This document shows positions 20,450-30,390 of a stretch of 64,000 bases of DNA, piece after piece. Made by a program: the position numbers and the translations under genes. Numbering within the stretch: the stretch's first letter is position 1; every line of letters starts with the position of its first letter. This DNA is from an uncultured Gammaproteobacteria bacterium. GTDB taxonomy: Bacteria; Patescibacteriota; Microgenomatia; Levybacterales; UBA12049. The stretch lies in assembly GCA_964416505.1 (NCBI GenBank), contig CAYQEJ010000004.1, forward strand, positions 59,331 to 123,330, given 5' to 3'. The notes beneath the pieces were generated by a model that was not told the DNA's origin, made no database searches, and saw only the letters and a list, made by a program, of their open reading frames with translations.

Positions 20450-23166
20450 TATTTTTTTCCGCTTCCACACCAACATGGATCATTTCTACCTAACTTCTTT
20501 TTATCAACCGGTGCCGAAGTATTTACCGGAGATAAATTTGGAGCTACAGATATTGGCACACTTTTAGTTTCTTTTGATTTTCTTGCTGATTTTTTAGGCG
20601 CTTCATCAGCTCCCAATTCTCCACCTGCAGGAGTTTCATGAATATGCATATGTGGAGTTTCGGGAGTAGCTACATGAACCTTGAATATTCTATGAGAGAT
20701 CTCATCGTTAATTCCAGCAATTAATTTTTCAAACATCTTAAATGCTTCATTTTTATATTCGACTAGTGGATCCTTCTGACCGTATGCTCGAAGTCTTATT
20801 CCTTCTCTTAAGTTATCTACTACGTCCAAATGCTCCATCCAAAGATTATCTATCACCGAAAGAGTCACGAAATTATCAATTTGACGCATGGTTTTTTCAC
20901 CAAGCTCTTTTTCCCGATTCTCATACATATCTCTGGCTATATTACTTAAAAATTCTATCCTTGAATTAATTTCAGGCCTATCTTCAATTTGCTTAGCAAG
21001 CTCTTTCTGTGACGCCTCATCAAAAGGAATAATTGTTGAGAATTCAGAAATAATTTTTTCAGAAACACTTTCGCCAGCTGCGCCTAAATCTCCTGAATTT
21101 ACAATATTGGCGATAGAGGTATCCAAATTTTCTAAAATTTCCTCTTTAGAAGTTTTTGATTGGGCATGTGCATTTTCGAGCGCTACTCTTCTTCTTTGAT
21201 AAATAATCTCTCTTTGTTTATTTAAAACATCATCATATTCAACGAGCTGCTTTCTTGAATCAAAATTAAATCCTTCAACCTTAACTTGAGCCTGCTCGAT
21301 TGCCCGACTTACAATCGGATGCTCCAATGGAACATCTTCAGGCATGTTGAATTTAGTCATAATTCCAGCGATACTATCTCCTCCGAAAAGCCTCATGATT
21401 TCATCATCAAGCGCCACATAGAATCTGGATTTACCAGGATCTCCCTGACGTCCAGATCTTCCCCTTAACTGATTATCAATTCTTCGAGATTCATGTCTTT
21501 CGGTACCAATGACATAGAGTCCGCCAAGAGACAATACTTCATCATGAGCCTTCTGCCATCTTTCCCATTCGCGAGTACCTTTAAGATCTATTCCATCCTC
21601 TCCCACCGGAGCAGCTCCACCAAGAATAATATCAACTCCACGTCCAGCCATATTTGTGGCTACCGTTACCGCTCCTTTTTCTCCTGCTTTGGCAATAATT
21701 TCTGCTTCTCTTTCATGATTTTTTGCATTAAGAAGTTCGTGTTTTATGCCGCGTCTTCTAAGAAGCTCTGAGAGAATTTCATTTTTATCAATTGAAGTTG
21801 TTCCTACCAAAACAGGCTGACCTGTTTTATTGGCTTTCTCTATTTCTGCAACAACTGCGCTAAACTTAGCTCTAGTGGTTTTGTAAATAGCATCAGAAAA
21901 ATCTTCTCTCTGAACTATTTTATTGGTAGGAATTACTACTACATCAAGCTTATAAATTTTATGGAATTCCTGAGCTTCTGTTACTGCTGTACCAGTCATT
22001 CCAGCCAATCTTTCATACATCCTGAAATAATTCTGAAGCGAGACCGTAGCTAAAGTTTTTGATTCGCGCTGGATCGCAACTCCTTCTTTGGCTTCAATTG
22101 CTTGATGAAGACCATCAGACAAGCGACGACCAATCATAAGACGCCCGGTAAATTCATCAACCAAAATTACTTCTCCATCTCTAACGATATAATCTTTTTC
22201 TTTTTTAAATAACGTTCTTGCTTTTAATGCAGCCTCAATGTGATAAACCGTATCAAAATCTTTTTCGTATATGTTTTGTATTCCAAAAAGCTTTTCTATC
22301 TTTCCAAGTCCATGATCTGTTAAGTGAGCTGTGTGAAGCTTTTCATCAATTTTATAATCGGTATCCGGAGAAAGTTTTTCTACTAACTTAGCGTAATCAT
22401 AATATTTATTTGTGGGAGTTTCATCTGGAGCAGATATAATATGAGGAGTTCTAGCTTCATCAATAAGAACTGAATCCACCTCATCGACTATTGCAAAGTA
22501 ATAACCTCTTTGAGTTACATTTTCAATATTTTGCTGCATATTATCTCTTAAATAATCAAATCCAAATTCAGAATTGATTCCATAAACGACATCTGCTTGA
22601 TATGCCTCTTTTCTAGTTACCGGTTTTAGATGAGTAAGTCTAAAATCGTGCGCATCTTTATTCGCAAAGCTCGAGTCATAAATAAAAGATTGCTCTGAAA
22701 TAATTGATGCAACTTTCATACCAAGAAACTCAAATACAGGGCCCATCCATCCGGCATCACGCCTAGCTAGATAGTCATTAACCGTTACCAAATGTACAGC
22801 TTTTCCTGAAAGAGCATGTAAGTAGAGAGCTGGAGTAGCTGAGAGAGTTTTTCCTTCTCCTGTTTTTTGCTCTGCAATTTTTCCTAAATAGAGAGACGCA
22901 GAAGCCATAAGCTGAACATCATAATGACGTTGCCCTATGGTTCGCCTTGCAGCTTCTCTGACTAAGGCAAACGCTTCAGGAAGTAGTAAATCCAAACTTT
23001 CTCCCTCAAGAGCTCTTTTTTTAAGTTCTTTTGTTTTTTTAGGAAAATCTGAATCTTTTAGTTTTTTTGTTTTATCTTCGAGTGCATTTATTTCAGAAAT
23101 AAGAGGTTCTAGCTTTTTTATTTCCTTTTCGTTGGAATCGAATAATTTTCCGAGGATGGGTAACAT
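20425..23166 (-). CDS. secA: Preprotein translocase ATPase SecA
   Basis: KTGEGKT, VTVNDYLARRD, DEVDS, ATNMAGRG, RIDNQLRGRSGRQGDPG and C-terminal SEC-C motif GRNDPCWCGSGKKYKKCH. Confidence 0.99.
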   Translation of the reverse strand: MLPILGKLFDSNEKEIKKLEPLISEINALEDKTKKLKDSDFPKKTKELKKRALEGESLDLLLPEAFALVREAARRTIGQRHYDVQLMASASLYLGKIAEQKTGEGKTLSATPALYLHALSGKAVHLVTVNDYLARRDAGWMGPVFEFLGMKVASIISEQSFIYDSSFANKDAHDFRLTHLKPVTRKEAYQADVVYGINSEFGFDYLRDNMQQNIENVTQRGYYFAIVDEVDSVLIDEARTPHIISAPDETPTNKYYDYAKLVEKLSPDTDYKIDEKLHTAHLTDHGLGKIEKLFGIQNIYEKDFDTVYHIEAALKARTLFKKEKDYIVRDGEVILVDEFTGRLMIGRRLSDGLHQAIEAKEGVAIQRESKTLATVSLQNYFRMYERLAGMTGTAVTEAQEFHKIYKLDVVVIPTNKIVQREDFSDAIYKTTRAKFSAVVAEIEKANKTGQPVLVGTTSIDKNEILSELLRRRGIKHELLNAKNHEREAEIIAKAGEKGAVTVATNMAGRGVDIILGGAAPVGEDGIDLKGTREWERWQKAHDEVLSLGGLYVIGTERHESRRIDNQLRGRSGRQGDPGKSRFYVALDDEIMRLFGGDSIAGIMTKFNMPEDVPLEHPIVSRAIEQAQVKVEGFNFDSRKQLVEYDDVLNKQREIIYQRRRVALENAHAQSKTSKEEILENLDTSIANIVNSGDLGAAGESVSEKIISEFSTIIPFDEASQKELAKQIEDRPEINSRIEFLSNIARDMYENREKELGEKTMRQIDNFVTLSVIDNLWMEHLDVVDNLREGIRLRAYGQKDPLVEYKNEAFKMFEKLIAGINDEISHRIFKVHVATPETPHMHIHETPAGGELGADEAPKKSARKSKETKSVPISVAPNLSPVNTSAPVDKKKLGRNDPCWCGSGKKYKKCHYPN

Positions 23167-23173
23167 GCGTATT

Positions 23174-23182
23174 AGTATAGCA
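23174..23182 (-). promoter_or_regulatory. Extended -10 promoter (TGCTATACT) 7 nt before the secA ATG; leaderless geometry
   Basis: Minus strand reads CTGCTATACTaatacgcATG; no SD. Confidence 0.65.
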
Positions 23183-23199
23183 GATTCGAGGCTAGCTTA

Positions 23200-24459
23200 C
23201 TAGCTTTTCTTCTCTATTTTCGTAAGACCACCAAGGTATTTTTGAAGAACTTCAGGAATAAGCACTGATCCATCAGGCTGTTGATAATTTTCTATAATTG
23301 CAATAAGAGTTCTACCGATTGCAAAAGCAGTTCCATTTAGAATATTTGCGTACTTTTTATTCCCCGCGTCATTATATTTAATATTTAATCTTCTAGATTG
23401 GAAATCAGTTATAGTAGAAACACTTGTAACCTCTCTGTATTTATTTTGACCAGGCATCCACGCTTCTATATCAAATTTTCTAGCTGCTGGAAAACCAAGA
23501 TCACCACTACACATCTTAATTACTTGATAGGGAATTCCAAGCGCCTGAAATAATTTCTCCTCAATAGAAAGAAGAAAATCTTGCTCCTTATCATCTTCTC
23601 CCTCAGGAACGAATGAAACCATTTCTACTTTATCAAACTGGTGAACTCTTAAAATTCCTTTAGTATCTTTTCCATACGAACCAGCTTCGCGCCTAAATGC
23701 CGTTGAAAAACCAACATATCTTAGCGGCATATCTTTAACATCAAAAGTTTCATCCATATGCATTGGAACGACTGAATGCTCAGCAGTTCCAACTAAAGTA
23801 AATCCATCATTTGGAATGTGGAACATATCTTCATCTCCACCATTCTCCATATAACCTAAACCCCTCATTACCTCAGTCTTTATAAGCACTGGAGGAACAA
23901 CAGGCTTAAAACCTTCTTTCATTAGTGTCTCTATTGCAAACTGAACTAATGCAAATTCTAGAAGTGCTCCTTCATTTTTTAAGTAAGCAAATCTTGCTCC
24001 ACTTACCTTTGCGGCTCTTTCAACATCAATAATTCCTAAAGCTTGTCCGATATCTAAATGGTCTTTGGCCTGAAAATCAAACTTAGGTAGTTCTCCCACT
24101 GTTTTAACTACATCATTTTCACTATCGTCTTTTCCTACCTTAACATCAGGCTTTGAAGGATTAGGAACTTTTAAAAGAAGCTCTTTTAATTCTTTATCTA
24201 AATCATTTAATGCGCCTTCTTTTTGATCTAATTCTTCTTTAATTTTTTTGCCTGTCTCAATTTGCTCTGGAGTAGGTTTTCCTTTTATACCAGATACGTG
24301 TTGATTTCTTTTCTCTCTAAGCACCTGAACTTCTGAATCCAAAACTTTCTTTTTAGAATCAACTTCCAGGATTTGAGAAACGTCAATTTTAACTCTTTTT
24401 GCAAGAGCTGCCTTTTCAATTTCCTCAGAATTTTCTCTAATTATTTTTATATCAATCAT
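23200..24459 (-). CDS. serS: Seryl-tRNA synthetase
   Basis: N-terminal coiled coil; GTAE, FRREAGSYGKDTKGILRVHQF and LNGT motifs. Confidence 0.98.
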   Translation of the reverse strand: MIDIKIIRENSEEIEKAALAKRVKIDVSQILEVDSKKKVLDSEVQVLREKRNQHVSGIKGKPTPEQIETGKKIKEELDQKEGALNDLDKELKELLLKVPNPSKPDVKVGKDDSENDVVKTVGELPKFDFQAKDHLDIGQALGIIDVERAAKVSGARFAYLKNEGALLEFALVQFAIETLMKEGFKPVVPPVLIKTEVMRGLGYMENGGDEDMFHIPNDGFTLVGTAEHSVVPMHMDETFDVKDMPLRYVGFSTAFRREAGSYGKDTKGILRVHQFDKVEMVSFVPEGEDDKEQDFLLSIEEKLFQALGIPYQVIKMCSGDLGFPAARKFDIEAWMPGQNKYREVTSVSTITDFQSRRLNIKYNDAGNKKYANILNGTAFAIGRTLIAIIENYQQPDGSVLIPEVLQKYLGGLTKIEKKS

Positions 24460-24466
24460 AGACGTA

Positions 24467-25033
24467 TTATACTACTTTAGCCTCATTTAGGAAATCACTT
24501 AACTTTTTAAGCGCAATTTTACGATGAGAAATTTTATCTTTTTCTGAAGGAGTCATTTCGGCAAAAGTTTTTCTTTCTCCGTCTGGCACAAAAACCGGAT
24601 CCCAACCAAAACCATTTTCCCCTCTTATTTCTTTGGAAATCTCTCCATCAATTTCCCCAATAAATAAATAAGGATTTTTTCCATCATGATAACCAATCGC
24701 AAGCTTTGCTATAGCTTTTCTATTTTCTTCATTTTTTAATAATCTTAAAAGAAGATTTGCGGTATCATTTTCGGACTTTAACATCCATTTAATCAAAGGC
24801 CCAGGAAATCCATTCCATGCGCTAATTTCTAAAGAAATGTCATCGATAATCACAGGGCCTTTTACTATACCGAAAGCCTGATTCAACTTATTCAGTGCAA
24901 CTTTTTCTAAATTAATTTCTTGAATTTCTTCAATTTCGGTTTCTAATATTTCTAAAGGGATATTTAGAATTCTCGAAACTTCTTTAGCTTTTGCCTTATT
25001 TCCTGTGACAAAAGTTATCTTGGAAGTTTTCAT
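24467..25033 (-). CDS. rdgB: Non-canonical purine NTP pyrophosphatase (Ham1/RdgB/ITPase family)
   Basis: TGNKAK, GFPGP, GFGWDPVF and KISHR motifs. Confidence 0.93.
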   Translation of the reverse strand: MKTSKITFVTGNKAKAKEVSRILNIPLEILETEIEEIQEINLEKVALNKLNQAFGIVKGPVIIDDISLEISAWNGFPGPLIKWMLKSENDTANLLLRLLKNEENRKAIAKLAIGYHDGKNPYLFIGEIDGEISKEIRGENGFGWDPVFVPDGERKTFAEMTPSEKDKISHRKIALKKLSDFLNEAKVV

Positions 25034-26544
25034 TTTGAGGCCTCTTCTAGTCTTTCTTTCACAAATGATTTATCCAGAGAAAGCAAAAACCAAGCTAGCC
25101 TTGGACCATGATCTTTTCCAATCAATGCTTTATAAAATGCCGAAAATGTATCCCCAGATGCTAATTCAAGACTTTTTCCTAAATCATAAATTTTAGTTTG
25201 GAGCTCCGAAGGATCTTTTACTTCAGAAATAAATTCTGCAGTTTTTCTTAAAAGCTCTTTTTGTTCTTCTGATAGGTCAATATTTTTTGGCAACTCTTTC
25301 TGAACCGTAAATTTTTGATCATCTGGAGCAAACCGTTCCACCCATACCCTGGCATATTTCGCCCATTCCTCCAATCCTCCTTCTTTAATCTTTCCATCCA
25401 TGTTTGGCATTTGCACCCAAGAAGTTAAAATCGAAAATCTAATCATTGGTGGTTTTTTTATTTCTTCTATTTGAGAAATTTCAAATGCTCTGCCTAAATC
25501 TTCATCACTTTTACTGAAATATGCTTCTGCTGCTTTTTGATAATCATCAAAAAGAGAGGGGATAGCATTCTTATCTTCGGGATCAAAATTTGTTTGAGAT
25601 TTAATTCCATTTCTTGCAAACAAAAACCTGGCTACATTTGGAGGAAGTATTTCTATTAAGTCGTGTGCTTTAAGACCCAAACCTTTCGAGGAAGACATTT
25701 TCTTGCCACCGATTAGAATAAATTCATATGGGAGCCTAAACGGAGGAGCGAAATCGAATACCTCTTTGCATATTTCCATTGCAATATCATATGAACCACC
25801 CTTTGAAGCATGATCTTTTCCAGCCCCCTCAATTGTTACCCCAATCACTTTCCAATGAGCTGGCCAATCAACTTTCCACGGAAGCTTCCCAGTTCCACCA
25901 AAGGGAGTAATTTTCCCTTCATATCCACAACCGACAGCCCATTTAACCAAATTGGGTTCACATTTGTATGAAACTTTTTCAGAATCCCATGCGAAAACTT
26001 TGGTGGTTCCCAATTTCCCGCATTGCTCGCAGATAACCTGGAAAGGAAGCCAGCCGGATTGTTTCTTCTGACTTCCAGAAATTCTTTGATAGATATCCTG
26101 AATTTTTTCTGCATTATCTAGTGCCTTTTTTATGACCTCATCAAACTTTCCTTGATGATAAAGTTCCCATGAGGATAATACTTTAACATTAACTCCCAGA
26201 TTTTTTATTGCATTTAGAAAATCCGTAGAAAACAAATCTGCCATTGACTCAAATTTTGGATCAGGTGATTTTGCTAATTTTAAAGGCTTCCCAAGTTCCG
26301 ATTCATGAGTACCTTTTATTTCTGGGAGAAGATCATCTGCGGGATCGAAATCATTTATCACAAATGTATAATCTACCTCTTTCCCAAGATCTTTTAAGCT
26401 TTGAAAAATCATACTATGAATCACAGGCCCCATAAGCGAGCCCACATGTGCATAGCCAGAAGGAGTCTTCATATCATCTACCCAATAGGGGACGTATTTT
26501 CCAGAATCAATAATATCTTTTGCAATTTTATCAGCCCAAAACAT
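25030..26544 (-). CDS. lysS: Lysyl-tRNA synthetase, class I
   Basis: MFWAD start, TPSGYAHVGS (HIGH-like), KLPWKVDWP, EGAGKDH and KMSSSKG motifs. Confidence 0.96.
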   Translation of the reverse strand: MFWADKIAKDIIDSGKYVPYWVDDMKTPSGYAHVGSLMGPVIHSMIFQSLKDLGKEVDYTFVINDFDPADDLLPEIKGTHESELGKPLKLAKSPDPKFESMADLFSTDFLNAIKNLGVNVKVLSSWELYHQGKFDEVIKKALDNAEKIQDIYQRISGSQKKQSGWLPFQVICEQCGKLGTTKVFAWDSEKVSYKCEPNLVKWAVGCGYEGKITPFGGTGKLPWKVDWPAHWKVIGVTIEGAGKDHASKGGSYDIAMEICKEVFDFAPPFRLPYEFILIGGKKMSSSKGLGLKAHDLIEILPPNVARFLFARNGIKSQTNFDPEDKNAIPSLFDDYQKAAEAYFSKSDEDLGRAFEISQIEEIKKPPMIRFSILTSWVQMPNMDGKIKEGGLEEWAKYARVWVERFAPDDQKFTVQKELPKNIDLSEEQKELLRKTAEFISEVKDPSELQTKIYDLGKSLELASGDTFSAFYKALIGKDHGPRLAWFLLSLDKSFVKERLEEASK

Positions 26545-26598
26545 ATTCGTATTTTACCTCAAAATTGATTTTTTTGCCTCAATTAATTCTTTAGGAGT

Positions 26599-27606
26599 TT
26601 AAAAAGTAAATTTACTGATAATTTCAAATATTTTCTCTTTGTTCTCTTCCGTTACTTTTATTTCCACCATTCCTTCATTAGGTTTACCCTTGGAAGCTTT
26701 AGCGAAAGAGGGCTGACCATAATAAATAGAAAACCCAAGTGGAGCTACGAGAACAGCTGGCAAAACCGTTAAATCTTCTTCTCCATCAATTAAGATCACA
26801 TATTTCTTGTTTGACTCTATACATTTTTTTACTTCTTCAAAAATACTCCCTGAAATTTCACCCGCTGAGTTTTTTATTTTAATTGTTTTAATTTCCTTTT
26901 CGAAATTTAAGTCTTCCATTTTTTCAAACTTTTTCTTTCTCTGAACTTGAAAATCCACAATTGAAAGAATCTGATTAATTTTATTTAGGTTAAATTCTTT
27001 AGTTGTTATGTCACCAATAGTAATTATCTTTTGCCCATCTAGATTTCTTGATATTTTTTTAAGCACATCTCCCATTGGTTTTTGCAATAAAGGTCGCATC
27101 TCTTGCGGTAATTTTAAACTTTTATTTATCCACTCATCTTTAACATATAGTCTTCCATCTCTATTTATTTCTCCGTTTCTGATTCTCGTACTTGATATTA
27201 AACCATTATCTTCTGCTCGATCCATTTCGATAACTTCAACTGCAATTTCCGGAATACCAATAGCTTTCCTTTCTTCATTAATTCCAATTACAGTTCTATT
27301 TGTTTGTGGCGTCACAGCTACAGCCGAAACTTTAAAATTTTTATCTAAGAGAGGACCATAGATATCATCTATTTCAATAATTTCAAGCTTATTTGAGGCC
27401 TTAAGGGTTTTTAAAAAATTAAAAACATTTCGTTCTCGAGTTCTATAATCTTCAAAATTATTATTCTTGAATCTTGATACATATGAATCGCTTGTCACTC
27501 CAATTATAACTTTATCTCCTAATTGGGCTACTTTTTCTAAAAAGCTTTTGTGTCCTTTATGAAGAAGATCAAATGTTCCACCGCTTACTATGACATCATA
27601 TTTCAT
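26599..27606 (-). CDS. coaD: Fusion of archaeal-type phosphopantetheine adenylyltransferase and DUF359 GTP-dependent dephospho-CoA kinase
   Basis: N-terminal half has GGTFDLLHKGH and ISSTRIRNGEI; C-terminal half has IGDITT, DGEEDL and YGQP..EG. Confidence 0.88.
   Translation of the reverse strand: MKYDVIVSGGTFDLLHKGHKSFLEKVAQLGDKVIIGVTSDSYVSRFKNNNFEDYRTRERNVFNFLKTLKASNKLEIIEIDDIYGPLLDKNFKVSAVAVTPQTNRTVIGINEERKAIGIPEIAVEVIEMDRAEDNGLISSTRIRNGEINRDGRLYVKDEWINKSLKLPQEMRPLLQKPMGDVLKKISRNLDGQKIITIGDITTKEFNLNKINQILSIVDFQVQRKKKFEKMEDLNFEKEIKTIKIKNSAGEISGSIFEEVKKCIESNKKYVILIDGEEDLTVLPAVLVAPLGFSIYYGQPSFAKASKGKPNEGMVEIKVTEENKEKIFEIISKFTF
26683..26712 (-). repeat. 30-bp in-frame palindromic insertion in the DUF359 domain (encodes PSFAKASKGK)
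   Basis: CCCTCTTTCGCTAAAGCTTCCAAGGGTAAA splits the conserved YGQP-xEG motif; CCCT..AGGG and GC-TAAA-GC are self-complementary. Confidence 0.65.
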
Positions 27607-27610
27607 GAGG

Positions 27611-28798
27611 CTAAATTCCTAATTCTTCTTTTACGCTTTTAAATGCTGCTATACCTTTATCTAAATCCTCTCTTGAATGTGCTGCGGAAGGAATAACTCT
27701 AATTCGAGCTGTGCCTTTTGGTACCATAGGAAAAACAATCGGAGTTGCGAATACATCCATCTCGTATAGTTTTTTAGAGAATTCCTTTGCTTTTTCTTCA
27801 TCTCCAATCAAAACTGGAGTAATGGGGCTTACGCTTTTCCCGGTATTGAATCCTAATTTCTTAAATTCTTCTTTTATATATTTTACATTCTCCCATAACT
27901 TATCAACGGTTTCAGTCGATTCTGAAAGAATATTTATTGCTTCAAGAGCTGCTGCGGTATCGGGAATTGAGAGCGCAATTGAAAAAAGTCTCTGACGCGC
28001 TTTCAGCTTATAATAGCCTATTAATGTTTTATTTCCTGCAATAAATCCGCCCAAAGAAGAAAATGCTTTGGATAAGCTGCCTACTTCAATATCAATTTTT
28101 CCTACTAAGCCAAAATGATCGACAACACCACGTCCACCTTTCCCCATCACTCCTTCACCATGAGCGTCATCAACCATCGTCAATGCATTATATTTTTCTG
28201 CTAGTTCAACAATCTCAGGAAGAGGAGCTAGATCTCCATCCATAGAGAAAACTCCATCGGTAACTATAAGAACTAATGGTAAATTTCCATCAGACTTAAC
28301 ATTCTTTCGAATCTCATCTATTTCTTGAAGTTTTTTTTCTAGATCAGCGGAATCTCCATGCTTGTAAATAAATTTATTTTTTACACCTGATAATCTCACT
28401 GCATCAATTATTGATGCATGGTTTAACTCATCAGAAATTACTATATCTTCTTTACCTATAATCGTTTGAATTGCTGCAGCATTTGCCAAATAAGCACTTG
28501 AAAAAGTTAACGCAGCCTCCGTACCTTTAAATTTAGCAATCGCTTCCTCGAGCTCTAAATGAAGAACGTGTGTTCCGGCCAAAGTTCTATATCCTGTCCC
28601 AATTCCATATTTCTCAACAGCTGCAATCACTGCATCTTTTACTTTTTGATTTTCTGCTAATCCTAAATAATGACTTGAACAAAAATTGAGTTTTCTTACA
28701 CCATCAATAGTAAGATATGCTCCTTGACCTGATTGAATAACCCTAGGAGTAACACCAGCTTTTACAACTTCTTCAAGTTCTTTATAAAAATCATCCAT
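27611..28798 (-). CDS. kbl: Glycine C-acetyltransferase (2-amino-3-ketobutyrate CoA ligase)
   Basis: SDELNHASIID, TDGVFSMDGD, DDAHG and SLSKA (PLP Lys) motifs; adjacent to tdh. Confidence 0.9.
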   Translation of the reverse strand: MDDFYKELEEVVKAGVTPRVIQSGQGAYLTIDGVRKLNFCSSHYLGLAENQKVKDAVIAAVEKYGIGTGYRTLAGTHVLHLELEEAIAKFKGTEAALTFSSAYLANAAAIQTIIGKEDIVISDELNHASIIDAVRLSGVKNKFIYKHGDSADLEKKLQEIDEIRKNVKSDGNLPLVLIVTDGVFSMDGDLAPLPEIVELAEKYNALTMVDDAHGEGVMGKGGRGVVDHFGLVGKIDIEVGSLSKAFSSLGGFIAGNKTLIGYYKLKARQRLFSIALSIPDTAAALEAINILSESTETVDKLWENVKYIKEEFKKLGFNTGKSVSPITPVLIGDEEKAKEFSKKLYEMDVFATPIVFPMVPKGTARIRVIPSAAHSREDLDKGIAAFKSVKEELGI

Positions 28799-28800
28799 AG

Positions 28801-29820
28801 TTAAGGGGTAAGAACTATTTTTCCGCTTTCTCCAGATTTCATTACCTTCATAGCCTCCTCAAAATCTTTAAGAGCAAATCTATGTGTAATGATTTTAGAT
28901 AAATCTACTTTTCCCGAAGTTAATAATTCCGAAGTCTGTTCCCATGTTTCCCAAATTCTTCTACCGAAAACGCTTTTTAAATTTAATTCTTTATTTATAA
29001 AATACTTACCAAAATCAACTGCAACAGGTGCTTTAGGAATTCCAAAAATTATTATTACTCCAGCTATTCTTACTGCATCAAGAGCTGTTTGAATAGCGTC
29101 TGGATTTCCCGACATTTCTAAAACAGCATCTATCTTATTTAAATATTTTTCAGGAAGCTTGTCATAAATCTCATCTGCACCCATTTTTTCCGCAAGCTTT
29201 CTTCTATATTCTCCACGGTTGAGAGCGATTACTTTCTTCGCACCAAAGGCCTTAGCAGCTGCCACTGCACATAATCCGGTAGGACCAAGTCCCGTTACCA
29301 AAACCGTTTTCCCCTCAACTTCTGCTTTTTTTGCTACATGAACGGCATTTCCAAGAGGCTCTTGAGAACTCATTGCCTCCAAAGGAACTCTAGGATCATT
29401 TTTCCATGATGTTCTAATTGGAATTGTCGCATACTCTGCAAATCCACCATTTCTTCCAATTCCAAAAAGCTCCATATTTTCACAAATATGCTTATTGCCA
29501 ATTTCACATTGATAACATTTTCCACAATAAATATGAGTTTCAGATGAAACTAAGTCTCCAATTTTTAAACCTTTTGGATTATCTCCGTTGATTTCAAGAA
29601 TTTCTCCTACTACCTCATGACCTATCACGATTGGTGGAGCGATATGCCCTTCTGCCCAGGGAGTCCAATCATAAATCGAGATATCTGTACCACAAATTGA
29701 GGCTGCTTTTACTTTTACTAAGAGTTCTCCATCTAGAGGCTTGGGGATGGGGATTTTTTTAATAGAAACGCCTGGTGCTTTGTTTTCCTTAAGAACTGCG
29801 AGCATCAGATCATTAGCCAT
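28801..29820 (-). CDS. tdh: L-threonine 3-dehydrogenase (Zn-dependent MDR)
   Basis: SICGTD, GHE, ETHIYCGKCYQC, EPLGNAVH and GRRIWETW motifs. Confidence 0.9.
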   Translation of the reverse strand: MANDLMLAVLKENKAPGVSIKKIPIPKPLDGELLVKVKAASICGTDISIYDWTPWAEGHIAPPIVIGHEVVGEILEINGDNPKGLKIGDLVSSETHIYCGKCYQCEIGNKHICENMELFGIGRNGGFAEYATIPIRTSWKNDPRVPLEAMSSQEPLGNAVHVAKKAEVEGKTVLVTGLGPTGLCAVAAAKAFGAKKVIALNRGEYRRKLAEKMGADEIYDKLPEKYLNKIDAVLEMSGNPDAIQTALDAVRIAGVIIIFGIPKAPVAVDFGKYFINKELNLKSVFGRRIWETWEQTSELLTSGKVDLSKIITHRFALKDFEEAMKVMKSGESGKIVLTP

Positions 29821-29821
29821 A

Positions 29822-30283
29822 TTAATTTATTGCTTCTATCGTGTAAATAATTTTCCCTGCTGGAGCTTCAACTTCTACCTTTTCGCCAACCTTTTTACCT
29901 AAAAGAGCTTTTCCCAAAGGAGATTCATGAGAGATTTTACTTTCTTTAGGATCCGCTTCCCATTCTCCTACTACTGTAAATGTTTCTTTTCCTGAATCTG
30001 TGTTTACTTTCACTGTTGAACCTAATTTTATAGTATTTGAATGATTATTGCTAATTATCGCAACTTGCTTTAAAAGCTCTTCAAGCTCATCAATTCTGCC
30101 ATCTATAAAGGATAATTCTTCACGAGCTACTGTATATTCTGCGTTTTCAGAGAGATCTCCCATGTTTCTGGCTTGAGAAACTCTTTCTAAAACTTCAGGT
30201 CTTTTAACTTTCGTGAGCTCTTCCAATTCTCTCTTTAGTTCGTCTAAACCTTCTTTTGTTAAATATATTTTTTTACTATCCAT
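29822..30283 (-). CDS. greA: Transcription elongation factor GreA
   Basis: GDLSENAEY and ISHESPLGKALLG motifs. Start moved to ATG 30283, after GGAGG. Confidence 0.97.
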   Translation of the reverse strand: MDSKKIYLTKEGLDELKRELEELTKVKRPEVLERVSQARNMGDLSENAEYTVAREELSFIDGRIDELEELLKQVAIISNNHSNTIKLGSTVKVNTDSGKETFTVVGEWEADPKESKISHESPLGKALLGKKVGEKVEVEAPAGKIIYTIEAIN

Positions 30284-30360
30284 AATAAAAATCCCTCCAA
30301 AGAGCAGTTGGTGGGAAATAAGTTCTGGAAGATGATAAATCAAATCTAAATCAATGTCAA
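30284..30360 (-). promoter_or_regulatory. greA promoter and leader hairpin that covers the SD
   Basis: TTGACA (30360-30355)-17 bp-TATCAT (30337-30332); stem TCCCACCAA/TTGGAGGGA followed by TTTTT. Confidence 0.7.
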
Positions 30361-30390
30361 TGTCCTAGAGTTAATGAAAAATATTAATTT

